From: Nemertoderma westbladi
Lineage: Eukaryota > Animalia > Xenacoelomorpha
Assembly: GCA_032718475.1 (NCBI GenBank)
Contig: JAUCBJ010007524.1
Coordinates: forward strand, 1-64,000
DNA: 64,000 bases
Reading direction: 5' to 3'
Shown here: piece by piece, positions 33,566 through 46,340 of the stretch
Numbering within the stretch: the stretch's first letter is position 1
Layout: every line of letters starts with the position of its first letter
Position numbers and translations under genes: made by a program
The notes under the pieces: generated by a model
Seen by the model: the letters and a program-made list of their open reading frames with translations, nothing else
Told to the model about the DNA's origin: nothing
Databases searched by the model: none

Positions 33566-35054
33566 AGGGCCGAGTAACTCAAAAAATCTTGAGATTGACC
33601 TTGAAACTAACCTTGAATCTATTTTACTAGTATTCCTATCTGAAATATTTCAAGGTCAACCTTAAGGTAGACTTCAGATTTTCCTCAAGGAAAACTTGAA
33701 ATTTCAAGCCGGTAACACAAAATATCTTGACTTGAGTTGAAGTCAAGGTTCGAGATAAATTTCAAGGTAGCCATGTAGGTACCTTCAAATTTCAAGGTAT
33801 CTTCAAATCAATGTTTCAGCTGTTAGCTGTAGCCTTCCGCTACCGGTACCGTAAGCGGCATTTTTGCAGAATACCCCAGACCCGAAATTTCTAAATAAAA
33901 CTCAGTTTATCATGAATATAATGAATGATACTGTAGCTAGAGTTATACTGTACAGCGGCACTTCTACGAGTATGTGTAACCATGACCGGGATTTTTTGGT
34001 AGTAGCTAGTTTTTGCTACTTTTTTTTAATTTTAATTAATTTTTAATTTTTTTTAATTTTTAATAATCGCCATGTCGTGTAACATTTTGTTCTTGGAATG
34101 TAGTTAAATAAATTGTCAGGGGACGCTAAAACACAAATTGTATCATCTCACGGACGTCTTCTAACATGCTTAAATATATTTTAAATTTTGGTAAGAAACA
34201 TTACGTAGGATGTCATATAAAACCATCAATAAGCCTATTCATTGGAATGGTAGTGGTTGTAATGCGAAGGTTGCGAAATGTCTTGCCCAATCTTTATTAT
34301 AATTTTCGTTAGGTACAGCTTAGCAAATTAGGTAAAAAGGCGTTCAGGTGGGATCGAAGTGGTGACCTCCGTGATGGAAGTCTGACGCTCTAACCATTCA
34401 GCTAGCGGCTCAGGTAAAAGGGAGACCTGGAAATACTATCTGATACCTTGTATGTCCGCACTTTACCTCATCATGGCCTCCCATCTGTCAACACATCGCC
34501 TGTGAAAGCGGTATTCATTTTAGTAACCAACCACCTTAAAGCTCGGTTGCATCTCTATAGTTCCTAATTTTAGTTTAAGTACTACATTGCTCACCCTCAC
34601 AACCGTGATTATATTTCCCACATACCGGTACAGTATGTCACTTCGATATACTGTATAGGCCAAACTGTTGTGGTCAGTAAACTATGTACTGCCTGTAATC
34701 TGTTTAGAAGGTGCGTGGTTTTATCGAAATTACAATTGCCAAAGTGTTTCAACAGTGTGTGTTTAACGCTTTAACGTACTGTATTGAGTAGGCCTACTGT
34801 ATATTATTGCAGGTATACACAATGGGATTCACTGCATAACCTAGGCAACTGCTGAAATAAACAAATATGTCGTCCATCTTTAATATTCAAGGTGAGCCTT
34901 GAAATTTCAAGTATCACCTTGACTAAGTATTGCTTTGAGTTACCCGCTTGACTGAAACTCAAGAAAATCTTAGTCAAGGTAAAACTTGAGTTTCAAGGTG
35001 ACCTTGAAGTGGATTTCAAGGTCAATCTCAAGATTTTTTGAGTTACTCGGCCCT
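33566..35054. mobile_element. 1.5-kb non-autonomous TIR element (Harbinger-like?) with an internal tRNA-like segment
   Basis: TIR AGGGCCGAGTAACTCAAAAAATCTTGAGATTGACCTTGAAA and its exact reverse complement ending 35054; subterminal CTTGAAATTTCAAG palindromes; no clean TSD. Confidence 0.8.
34339..34411 (-). other. tRNA-derived (SINE-like/pseudo-tRNA) segment
   Basis: Minus strand TAGCTGAATGGTTAGAGCG (A-box) ... CTTCGATCCCAC (B-box); cloverleaf imperfect. Confidence 0.5.
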
Positions 35055-36173
35055 GGAATGTCACCCCACCCTATATCCCGGAAAAGTGATCCAAAGTTTC
35101 ATTTTCCCGAACTTACACAAAAATTACTGTTCTCTAAAATATAATCGGCCTCTATTGTTTCCATATCCCAAAACGTCATTTACTATATCCTTCACTCACT
35201 CTATCTTATTATATTCAAATTGAAAAAACATAATAAGTCTACATTAGTACATTACTACTGTCTGTTTCGCTAAATTCTAACAGACTAGACGGAATCCACA
35301 TTTTAAATTCTTAAATACTGTAATCTAAAATATCATTTAGTACATTTTACAACTTTGAAGTATTGTCTTTTTTTAAAACAATTATAGAGACCAAACACGT
35401 CACCCCCCCCCCCCCCCCCCCCCCCCCCGTATCTATCAGCTACTGCAGTTGGGCTATACTAGTTTCGCTATTGCCTGGCTGTGGTAGCAGCACCAAGACC
35501 ACACATTAGCAATTTCCATAATAAATATTAATTTGTGTGTGCGATTTATTATAATTTGGTAGATATGAAATAAATTATTATACTTGATACTTGACTTCAA
35601 ATGCAATACCGTTCGCAGCCTCATAGTGTCGCTGTGTTTTAAACGAAGCACAGTGATATAATGTAGTTTGTTTCATTTAGCGCAACTTGGGTTAAAAGGG
35701 ATTCAATTAAAGTGAAAGTAAATTCAAATATATTTGTACTGGTTCAACATCAATGGCAAAACGTATTAATTGTCTGTGTTTCATGTAGTGATCATGGTGG
35801 TTACATTGGTTTGGTATATTGACTTTTGACTTAGACCCTTATGATATGACAGCATCGATATATATTTATATATCAATTTGAAGGTCTTGTAGGTCTATAG
35901 TTTATAACTAACATACATAATACATATTTTATACAATTTAGTTTATAGAGATCGCAAAGAATTATATTGGTCAATCCAATTTGATAAACCCTCATGTAAA
36001 TGTGAATTAATAATATCTCAACCACTCATTTTGCGACAGATGGGGAAGGGGGACTCTCGTCTCTTTGGTTGGTAAATAAGTCAAATAGGTCGAAAGTAAA
36101 ACTCAAAGCCATGATGGTGGAAGTTCTTTAATTCAAGATTTCCTATTTATTTCCCTTTATTTTATTTTTGAAG

Positions 36174-36411
36174 TATCGGAAATGAATCTTCCAAGAAATC
36201 TCCCCGTGGTGCTACTTTTGCGAGTGGAACTGTGCCGCGTCGTGATGCGGAACGCAGATGGGAACGTGGAGATGATCTCAGACTTGGGGAACAGAATGTT
36301 CGCTTGCATAACATTAGCCAAAGGGTCGATAATGACCTCGCACGTCAGCTCCAATTCAAGTACGGTATAGACGAGCTTAACAAGGGGGTGACAGCTCAAT
36401 CTGCCAAGCAG
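36174..36411 (+). CDS. TAB2: TAB2/3-like gene, coding exon 3
   Basis: Polypyrimidine tract + GAAG acceptor ending 36173 (phase 2), donor CAG|GTTAGT at 36412 (phase 0). Confidence 0.7.
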
Positions 36412-37898
36412 GTTAGTGACTGTCTGCTGTCAGCTCAGTCTAGCAAGCAGGTTAGTGGCTGTCTGCTGTCAGCTCAATCTAGCAAGCAGGTTAGTGACTG
36501 TCTGCTGTCATCTCAATCTAGCAAGCAGTTAAGTGGCTGTCAGGTCAGTCTAGCAAGCAAGTTAGTGACTGTCTGCTGTCAGCTCAATCTAGCAAGCAGG
36601 TAAGTGGCTGTCTGCTGTCAGCTCAATCTAGCAAGCAAGTAAGTGGCTCTCTGCTGTCAGCTCAATCTAGCAAGCAGGTAAGTGGCTGTCAGCTCTGTCT
36701 AGCAAGCAGGTTAGTGGCTGTCTGCTGTCAGCTCAATCTAGCAAGCAGGTTAGTGACTGTTTGCTGTCAGCTCAATCTAGTAAGCAGGTAAGTGGCTGTC
36801 AGCTGTCAGCTCAATCTAGCAAGCAGGTTAGTGGCTGTCTTCTGTCAGCTCAATCTAGCAAGCAAGTAAGTGGCTGTCTGCTGTCAGCTCAATCTAGCAA
36901 GCAGGTAAGTGGCTGTCAGCTCTGTCTAGCAAGCAGGTTAGTGACTGTCTGCTGTCAGCTCAATCTAGCAAGCAGGTTAGTGACTGTCTGCTGTCATCTC
37001 AATCTAGCAAGCAGGTTAGTGGCTGTCTGCTGTCGGCTCAATCTAGCAAGCAGGTAAGTGGCTGTCAGCTGTCAGCTCAATCTAGCAAGCAGGTAAGTGG
37101 CTGTCAGATCAGTCTAGCAAGCAGGTTAGTGACTGTCTGCTGTCAGCTCAATCTAGCAAGCAGGTAAGTAGCTGTCAGCTCAGTATAGCAACAGGTTAGT
37201 GACTGTCTGCTGTCATCTCAATCTAGCAAGCAGGTTAGTGGCTGCCTGCTGTCAGCTCAATCTAGCAAGCAGGTTAGTGACTGTCTGCTGTCAGCTCAAT
37301 CTAGCAAGCAGGTTAGTGGCTGTCTGCTGTCAGCTCAATCTAGCAAGCAGGTAAGTGGCTGTCAGCTCTGTCTAGCAAGCAGGTTAGTGACTGTCTGCTG
37401 TCAGCTCAATCTAGCAAGCAGGTTAGTGACTGTCTGCTGTCATCTCAATCTAGCAAGCAGGTTAGTGGCTGTCTGCTGTCAGCTCAATCTAGCAAGCAGG
37501 TAAGTGGCTGTCTGCTGTCAGCTCAATCTAGCAAGCAGGTTAGTGGCTGTCTGCTGTCAGCTCAATCTAGCAAGCAGGTAAGTGGCTGTCAGCTCAGTCT
37601 AGCAAGCAGGTTAGTGGCTGTCTGCTGTCAGCTCAATCTAGCAAGCAGGTTAGTGACTGTCTGCTGTCAGCCCAATCTAGCAAGCAGGTTAGTGGCTGTC
37701 TGCTGTCAGCTCAATCTAGCAAGCAGGTAAGTGGCTGTCAGCTCAGTCTAGCAAGCAGGTTAGTGGCTGTCTGCTGTCAGCTCAATCTAGCAAGCAGGTA
37801 AGTCGCTGTCAGCTTTGTCTAGCAAGCAGGTTAGTGGCTGTCTGCTGTCAGCTCAATCTAGCAAGCCGGTTAGTGGCTGTCTGCTGTCAGCTCAATCT
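36392..37898 (+). repeat. 39/31-bp minisatellite derived from the exon-3/intron-3 junction
   Basis: Unit AGCTCAATCTAGCAAGCAG|GT(T/A)AGTGGCTGTCTGCTGTC, roughly 40 copies. Confidence 0.92.
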
Positions 37899-38454
37899 AC
37901 CATTAGTGACATGTAGTGAAGTGATAGTGTTGTCTTTTATATCTCTTTTCTTACTCCGCCAAGCTAAACGGTATGTCCAAGTATTCCATTGGAATGTTTC
38001 ATTTTCTGTAGTTGTTTCTGACGTGCCAAGGGCGTTGGTGAATCTGTTTAGTTGGGTTAGTGTTCAAACGGGATGCCTATCCGGAAAAATACGGCTAGAT
38101 CCCGGTAAAAAATGTAATACCTGTTCCGATCCCAACATTATGGGAACGGAATCCCAAAGTTATAAATTTATTGGATATTGTCGCTGGTACCAAAGTTGAC
38201 CTAATTTATTTAATTTAGTTAAATAAATTTATTTAAATTTAATTTAATAGCTATAAAGTTATTTTCAATATAATTGTATCTTAGTAATATTTCAGTAGTG
38301 AAGTGGTATAAAGTTGCCATTTCGTATTTATACACCGACGATATGTAACTATTAAATTCAACGTTAAAATCACGGTCCCGTTACGTAAAGGTCTAATCAC
38401 TCCTAAACGCTGACGCGGATGCATTGAATATTAATGGTCGTATTTTCATTTTAG

Positions 38455-38871
38455 GTTGAAATTTTGCGGATCACCAAAGAAAATCAGAACATTCGTAACG
38501 ACACTAGCCGACTGATAAATGAGTTGACGCTGCTAAAAAGGCGACCACAACTAGCCCCCATGGCACCTTACCCACCCCCCATGGCACCTCCTTACCCACC
38601 ATCCCCCCACCCATCCCCCCATACCCTCCTTCCGTCCCCCCATCCCCTCTTACCGTCCCCCCTGCCCCCCTCACCCCAACCTGGTTCCCACACCCCCTCC
38701 CCCCAACCACATCCACGACTACGCGCGCCACTGGCGCAGGCTACCTCTCCCTCCTTTGACGACGGGAGCCAGAAATGGCGCTGTGTCCGATGCGACTACG
38801 ACAACCACCACCTAATGAATAAGTGCGAGCTGTGTGAAACTCCTATACCATTAGATGAGGACCACAGATAA
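38455..38871 (+). CDS. TAB2: TAB2/3-like gene, last coding exon (coiled coil + NZF zinc finger)
   Basis: Acceptor TTTTAG ending 38454 (phase 0); WRCVRCDYDNHHLMNKCELCETP RanBP2/NZF finger; spliced product 531 aa; AATAAA at 38931. Confidence 0.8.
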   Translation, partial: VEILRITKENQNIRNDTSRLINELTLLKRRPQLAPMAPYPPPMAPPYPPSPHPSPHTLLPSPHPLLPSPLPPSPQPGSHTPSPQPHPRLRAPLAQATSPSFDDGSQKWRCVRCDYDNHHLMNKCELCETPIPLDEDHR

Positions 38872-38948
38872 AGTTTATTGCCGAACTAGTACTTATGTAC
38901 TAGTAGTTAATAATTATTCGTTCATTTTTTAATAAATAACAATTATTA

Positions 38949-39248
38949 CTCTGGAGTCCCGAATAGACGGCGCGACACGGTTATTAATTTTTGAATTCTT
39001 TTATTCCAGAACTATTCCAACTATTAATTTTTTTCTAAAAGATTTAGTACATTTTTATTATGAGTAATTAAACGTTTGTTCTCATAATAATTGTGAGTTG
39101 AAAGTGAAAGAAAACAAAAACCGTGTAGCGACTATACCATAACGGTGGCCGTACCGGTATGTACTGCTGTACCTGTACGCCTATACTGTATGTTAAATAA
39201 GTAGGAACAGTCATGTTCCACCCACCACGTCTATTCGGCACTCCAGAG
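38949..39248. mobile_element. Tc1/mariner-superfamily MITE
   Basis: TA|CTCTGGAGTCCCGAATAGACG ... CGTCTATTCGGCACTCCAGAG|TA. Confidence 0.85.
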
Positions 39249-39572
39249 TACAAGGCTTTGTCATATATGATAATGGATAAATGGCACAATGCTAGTGTAT
39301 TGCAAATTGACGCTAATTTATGTAAATATGTGCAATTCTCATTTACTGCGACTATAAGTGGATTACCAATAGTTTGGGAGTAACATAATTGGGGTGGACG
39401 GGCCTTTCCTAAAAATAGACGTACAATTTTATTCTTATTTTATAAGCAACGCCAAATTTACAGTACATTATTTTATAAACTATGATTTATTAATGTATTT
39501 CATTGGTTTTGCTAGATATTTAATTAAATCGCAGAACCAGGTGACACGGCGCAAAGTATCGCTTCAGAGTTC

Positions 39573-42500
39573 TGGGAAGATATAATGGGGCGGTGGCGGG
39601 AAGATACAATGGGGCGGCGGCGGGAAGATACAATGGGGCGGCGGCGGGAAGATATAACGGGGCGGCGGCGGGAAGATATAATGGGGCGGTGGCGGGAAGA
39701 TATAACGGGGCGGCGGCGGGAAGATACAATGGGGCGGCGGCGGGAAGATATAATGGGTCGGCGGCGGGAAGATACAATGGGGCGGCGGCGGGAAGATATA
39801 ATGGGTCGGCGGCGGGAAGATATAACGGGGCGGCGGCGGGAAGATACAATGGGGCGGCGGCGGGAAGATATAACGGGGCGGCGGCGGGAAGATATAATGG
39901 GGCGGTGGCGGGAAGATATAACGGGGCGGCGGCGGGAAGATACAATGGGGCGGCGGCGGGAAGATATAATGGGTCGGCGGCGGGAAGATATAATGGGGCG
40001 GCGGCGGGAAGATATAATGGGGCGGTGGCGGGAAGATATAACGGGGCGGCGGCGGGAAGATACAATGGGGCGGCGGCGGGAAGATATAATGGGTCGGCGG
40101 CGGGAAGATACAATGGGGCGGCGGCGGGAAGATATAATGGGTCGGCGGCGGGAAGATATAATGGGGCGGTGGCGGGAAGATATAATGGGGCGGCGGCGGG
40201 AAGATATAATGGGGCGGCGGCGGGAAGATATAACGGGGCGGCGGCGGGAAGATACAATGGGGCGGCGGCGGGAAGATATAATGGGGCGGTGGCGGGAAGA
40301 TATAATGGGGCAGTGGCGGGAAGATACAATGGGGCGGCGGCGGGAAGATACAATGGGGCGGCGGCGGGAAGATACAATGGGGCGGCGGCGGGAAGATATA
40401 ATGGGGCGGTGGCGGGAAGATATAATGGGGCAGTGGCGGGAAGATACAATGGGGCGGTGGCGGGAAGATATAATGGGGCAGCGGCGGGAAGATATAATGG
40501 GGCAGTGGCGGGAAGATACAATGGGGCGGCGGCGGGAAGATACAATGGGTCGGCGGCGGGAAGATATAATGGGTCGGTGGCGGGAAGATATAATGGGGCG
40601 GTGGCGGGAAGATATAACGGGGCGGCGGCGGGAAGATACAATGGGGCGGCGGCGGGAAGATATAATGGGGCGGTGGCGGGAAGATATAATGGGGCAGTGG
40701 CGGGAAGATATAATGGGGCGGCGGCGGGAAGATATAATGGGGCGGCGGCGGGAAGATACAATGGGGCGGCGGCGGGAAGATACAATGGGTCGGCGGCGGG
40801 AAGATATAATGGGTCGGTGGCGGGAAGATATAATGGGGCGGTGGCGGGAAGATATAATGGGGCAGTGGCGGGAAGATACAATGGGGCAGTGGCGGGAAGA
40901 TACAATGGGTCGGCGGCGGGAAGATATAATGGGGCGGCGGCGGGAAGATACAATGGGTCGGCGGCGGGAAGATATAATGGGTCGGTGGCGGGAAGATACA
41001 ATGGGTCGGCGGCGGGAAGATATAATGGGTCGGTGGCGGGAAGATATAATGGGGCGGTGGCGGGAAGATATAATGGGGCAGTGGCGGGAAGATACAATGG
41101 GGCGGCGGCGGGAAGATACAATGGGGCAGTGGCGGGAAGATATAATGGGGCGGCGGCGGGAAGATATAATGGGTCGGTGGCGGGAAGATACAATGGGGCG
41201 GCGGCGGGAAGATATAATGGGGCGGCAGCGGGAAGATATAATGGGGCGGCGGCGGGAAGATACAATGGGGCGGCGGCGGGAAGATACAATGGGGCGGCGG
41301 CGGGAAGATACAATGGGGCGGCGGCGGGAAGATATAATGGGGCGGCGGCGGGAAGATACAATGGGGCGGCGGCGGGAAGATATAATGGGGCGGCGGCGGG
41401 AAGATATAATGGGGCGGCGGCGGGAAGATACAATGGGGCGGCGGCGGGAAGATACAATGGGGCGGCGGCGGGAAGATACAATGGGTCGGCGGCGGGAAGA
41501 TATAATGGGTCGGTGGCGGGAAGATATAATGGGGCGGTGGCGGGAAGATATAATGGGGCAGTGGCGGGAAGATACAATGGGGCGGCGGCGGGAAGATACA
41601 ATGGGTCGGCGGCGGGAAGATATAATGGGTCGGTGGCGGGAAGATATAATGGGGCGGTGGCGGGAAGATATAACGGGGCGGCGGCGGGAAGATACAATGG
41701 GGCGGCGGCGGGAAGATATAATGGGGCGGTGGCGGGAAGATATAATGGGGCAGTGGCGGGAAGATATAATGGGGCAGTGGCGGGAAGATACAATGGGGCG
41801 GCGGCGGGAAGATATAATGGGGCGGCGGCGGGAAGATATAATGGGGCGGTGGCGGGAAGATATAATGGGGCAGTGGCGGGAAGATATAATGGGGCAGTGG
41901 CGGGAAGATACAATGGGTCGGCGGCGGGAAGATATAATGGGTCGGTGGCGGGAAGATATAATGGGGCGGTGGCGGGAAGATATAACGGGGCGGCGGCGGG
42001 AAGATACAATGGGGCGGCGGCGGGAAGATATAATGGGGCGGTGGCGGGAAGATATAATGGGGCAGTGGCGGGAAGATATAATGGGGCGGCGGCGGGAAGA
42101 TATAATGGGGCGGCGGCGGGAAGATACAATGGGGCGGCGGCGGGAAGATACAATGGGTCGGCGGCGGGAAGATATAATGGGTCGGTGGCGGGAAGATATA
42201 ATGGGGCGGTGGCGGGAAGATATAATGGGGCAGTGGCGGGAAGATACAATGGGGCGGCGGCGGGAAGATACAATGGGTCGGCGGCGGGAAGATATAATGG
42301 GTCGGTGGCGGGAAGATACAATGGGTCGGCGGCGGGAAGATATAATGGGTCGGTGGCGGGAAGATATAATGGGGCGGTGGCGGGAAGATATAATGGGGCA
42401 GTGGCGGGAAGATACAATGGGGCGGCGGCGGGAAGATACAATGGGGCAGTGGCGGGAAGATATAATGGGGCGGCGGCGGGAAGATATAATGGGTCGGTGG

Positions 42501-43605
42501 CGGGAAGATACAATGGGGCGGCGGCGGGAAGATATAATGGGGCGGCAGCGGGAAGATATAATGGGGCGGCGGCGGGAAGATACAATGGGGCGGCGGCGGG
42601 AAGATACAATGGGGCGGCGGCGGGAAGATACAATGGGGCGGCGGCGGGAAGATATAATGGGGCGGCGGCGGGAAGATACAATGGGGCGGCGGCGGGAAGA
42701 TATAATGGGGCGGCGGCGGGAAGATATAATGGGGCGGCGGCGGGAAGATACAATGGGGCGGCGGCGGGAAGATACAATGGGTCGGCGGCGGGAAGATATA
42801 ATGGGTCGGTGGCGGGAAGATATAATGGGGCGGTGGCGGGAAGATATAACGGGGCGGCGGCGGGAAGATACAATGGGGCGGCGGCGGGAAGATATAATGG
42901 GGCGGTGGCGGGAAGATATAATGGGGCAGTGGCGGGAAGATATAATGGGGCAGTGGCGGGAAGATACAATGGGGCGGCGGCGGGAAGATATAATGGGGCG
43001 GCGGCGGGAAGATATAATGGGGCGGTGGCGGGAAGATATAATGGGGCAGTGGCGGGAAGATATAATGGGGCAGTGGCGGGAAGATACAATGGGGCGGCGG
43101 CGGGAAGATATAATGGGGCGGCGGCGGGAAGATATAATGGGTCGGTGGCGGGAAGATATAATGGGGCGGTGGCGGGAAGATATAATGGGGCAGTGGCGGG
43201 AAGATATAATGGGTCGGTGGCGGGAAGATATAATGGGGCGGTGGCGGGAAGATATAATGGGGCAGTGGCGGGAAGATACAATGGGGCGGCGGCGGGAAGA
43301 TACAATGGGGCGGCGGCGGGAAGATATAATGGGGCGGCGGCGGGAAGATACAATGGGGCGGCGGCGGGAAGATATAATGGGGCAGTGGCGGGAAGATACA
43401 ATGGGGCGGCGGCGGGAAGATACAATGGGGCGGCGGCGGGAAGATATAATGGGGCGGCGGCGGGAAGATATAATGGGGCGGCGGCGGGAAGATACAATGG
43501 GGCGGCGGCGGGAAGATACAATGGGGCGGTGGCGGGAAGATATAATGGGGCGGCGGCGGGAAGATATAATGGGGCGGCGGCGGGAAGATATAATGGGGCG
43601 GCGGC
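39573..43605. repeat. 24-bp G-rich minisatellite (~4 kb)
   Basis: Unit GGGAAGATAYAATGGGGCGGCGGC, about 168 copies with a few variant positions. Confidence 0.97.
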
Positions 43606-45299
43606 TATCGGAATATAATTTCTTAATGAAAAAAGCTGTTTTATTCTTAAATTGTTACTTTTTCGCTCAAATATATCCCAAAGTCGGGAGAAAAGATGAG
43701 TACATTTTTTCCCTAGGGAGAATAAATAGTAACCCATAGGATTGCATAGATTTTACTTTTTCCCGACGAAAAAAGTAAAATAAAATATTTTTGGTGGAAT
43801 TTCTTAAATTTTATTAAATATGTTGAAAGAGCATCGAATTAGAAAAGGTTTGTACGTAATTTGGGCAAAATCATGCACTCAAAAGTTATTGCACCTTTAG
43901 TGACTGCAAGGCGAACTCCAAAACGGACTCAATATCCAATATTATAGTTTATGTAGTTAAGCGGCTCTCTTAAGCTACGTAATAAATATTCGAAATTAAA
44001 TAAATTAAACTAAATAAAAACTAAATTATTTAACATTGAGTAAGGCATCATCAGGAGTTGAAAAGGACAATGCTTTGAATCGCAGTAACTATGAAAGCAA
44101 TATAGTTAAATACAGTAATACTTAAATATAGTTCAATTTATTATGTACCACTATACAGTATCGCTCTATCTTTTAAATTAAAGAATTGAACAACAAAAAA
44201 GTACCAATTTAAGAATAAATGACGTATTTCATGGGAAAAAGTACTGAAAGTAGAACACCCCACGTAGAACAACCTCGCTGGCGCTCAGTAAATAATCTAG
44301 GATACTCAAAAAGTTCTACTTTTTTCCCAAGTAATATCATAATTAATTTTCTTTCTTTAAAAGAGGGGGGGGGGGGGGGGGGGGGGGGAACTGGACGCGA
44401 TAAAAATTTATCCCTCTCCAGGGGAAATTGGACGCAAATAACAGCTGATTACTCTCAAAAATAAAACTGTAACCTGTTCTATTGACTTTCGTTTATTGTT
44501 TAGGTTTGAATAACGTGCCACTGTAACCTGCTCCTTTCCCTAAATTGAGAATTTAACATTGAGGCGGGATATTAATTCGCCAAGGCGAGTTTCCCCCCCT
44601 GTCTCAAAGATTCACATTTGAATTTCAGTTTCGATTTAATGTAAATTTATTATTTGACATTTGTGGTATTATTCTGTAACACCAATGTATAATTAAACAC
44701 CGGTAGTAGCCTCCTACTATATATATACTAGCTATTATAATTAAATACATTTTTTGAGTGCAGTTAATGTTCCCTAACATAATAATACAAAACTAACCCT
44801 AAATACAAAAACTAAAACTATAATTAAGTGGACTTATTTTGTACTTATTGGCATGAAGGCCGGATAATAACGTCAGAATATTGACAAACTTTCAGAGACT
44901 GCGAGACTTAAAGGGTTCCATTTACGCTTTAGTTAGCGCTTGGACTCAGTATTTAATCCAAATAAAGAACCGACTCTCCGAAGAGAGTCTGTAAATGAGA
45001 GTGGCATATTGTATTTCATAGCGTATTTGTAGCATTTAGTTTATATTCATTGGTGCCGAGTTAACTTTATATATTCAAATTTACGTAGTTCTTTATTAAT
45101 ATATACTGTGAATTTATGATTTAAGATTTTATTTATTAATTGCCATAATTAATTGCCATAATAATGCCATAATTCCAAAAACTAATAAATTATTCACATA
45201 TAACTTTAAGATATAAAAATGTAAAGTTGAAAATTTGTAGATCAATAGCACCAAAAAACCACCCGATTTTTATTTTATTCAAAATAAACTCTCTTTCCT

Positions 45300-46340
45300 T
45301 CCATTACCCGAACGGAACCTGATGGCCTACATCCGTTTCGACAAAAAGACAGAACATGTCTAATGGATTACTCTAAATTTTCTTTACCACAAACTACTTT
45401 TCCTGAACCAAACCGCTTAACGAACGTTAACTTTTCCCCAGGTGAAATTTTGTGTGATCTGAAATCTCTCGATTCCGATGGGGCTACCATGGGGCCCAGC
45501 TTAGCAGATTTCAAACAAAATGATGAAGCATGGTATGCCGGCTATTATTTCTCATGTCACATAATTGTTTCAGTATTTGTTTGACAACGGCGTACATCCA
45601 AACAAATCGAAACTACGTTGTTATTATTCCCTTACTAAAAAAGATTCCTACAAGCATATGTTTAAACTATCGTCCAGTTGCCATAACAAATAACATCGAC
45701 AAACTGTTCGAACACTACATACATAGTGACATACAACATAGTGACATTTCATTTTTTCGCATATTAAAGCTTTCATTTCAAAACACGTTTGTTCGTTTGG
45801 AGGTGACGGGACAATTTATCAATTACTTTCATTATACAATGCCTTTGTACAAACACTATAGATAAAGGCAAGGAATCATAACTTATGTACTAGCAAGTAA
45901 AATCAGCTTATACGCCGATGATACACGTACATAGAGATTAACAAAACTGAATTATTTTTCAGCGGCCGCAGCCCTTAATAAGGACCTAGTTGCTGTTTCA
46001 ATGTCATCTACCCCTTTTCACTCAGTCAGTTGGATACTGAAATGACCGAACGAACACAAACATCTCGGCTGCATTTTCACCCCCCAATTTGAAATGGCAC
46101 ACTCAAGTGTCATCAATGCTCGCCTCTGCCAACATGAAACTAAACATGTTTGAGAGCTGTTAAATACTTATAGTAAGTATAGTAGCCCAAAATATAGACT
46201 TCATTTCAAAAAACAAACAACTTATACTCCAGTTGTTGTTTACTCACACAACAAGGTTCCCTTATCCCTCTTACTTTCAGCAAGGCAATACGGCCTGTTA
46301 GCTAGACGCCGCTGCCTCTGCTCTGCCCTAAACAACGATT
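45300..46340 (+). mobile_element. Decayed CR1/L2-type LINE fragment
   Basis: IPLLKK...NYRPVAITNNIDKLFE; ISLYADDT; HLGCIF..NLKWHTQV; ~140 bp of it is duplicated at ~50484-50630. Confidence 0.75.

Noticed and set aside
35404-35429. Long poly-C/poly-G runs (also ~20838, ~44366, ~48600)
   Set aside because: Simple homopolymers with unreliable length; no supportable function.
39520-43739. 1300-1400-aa repetitive ORFs
   Set aside because: Artefact of a stop-free 24-bp unit open in three frames on both strands; no evidence for translation.
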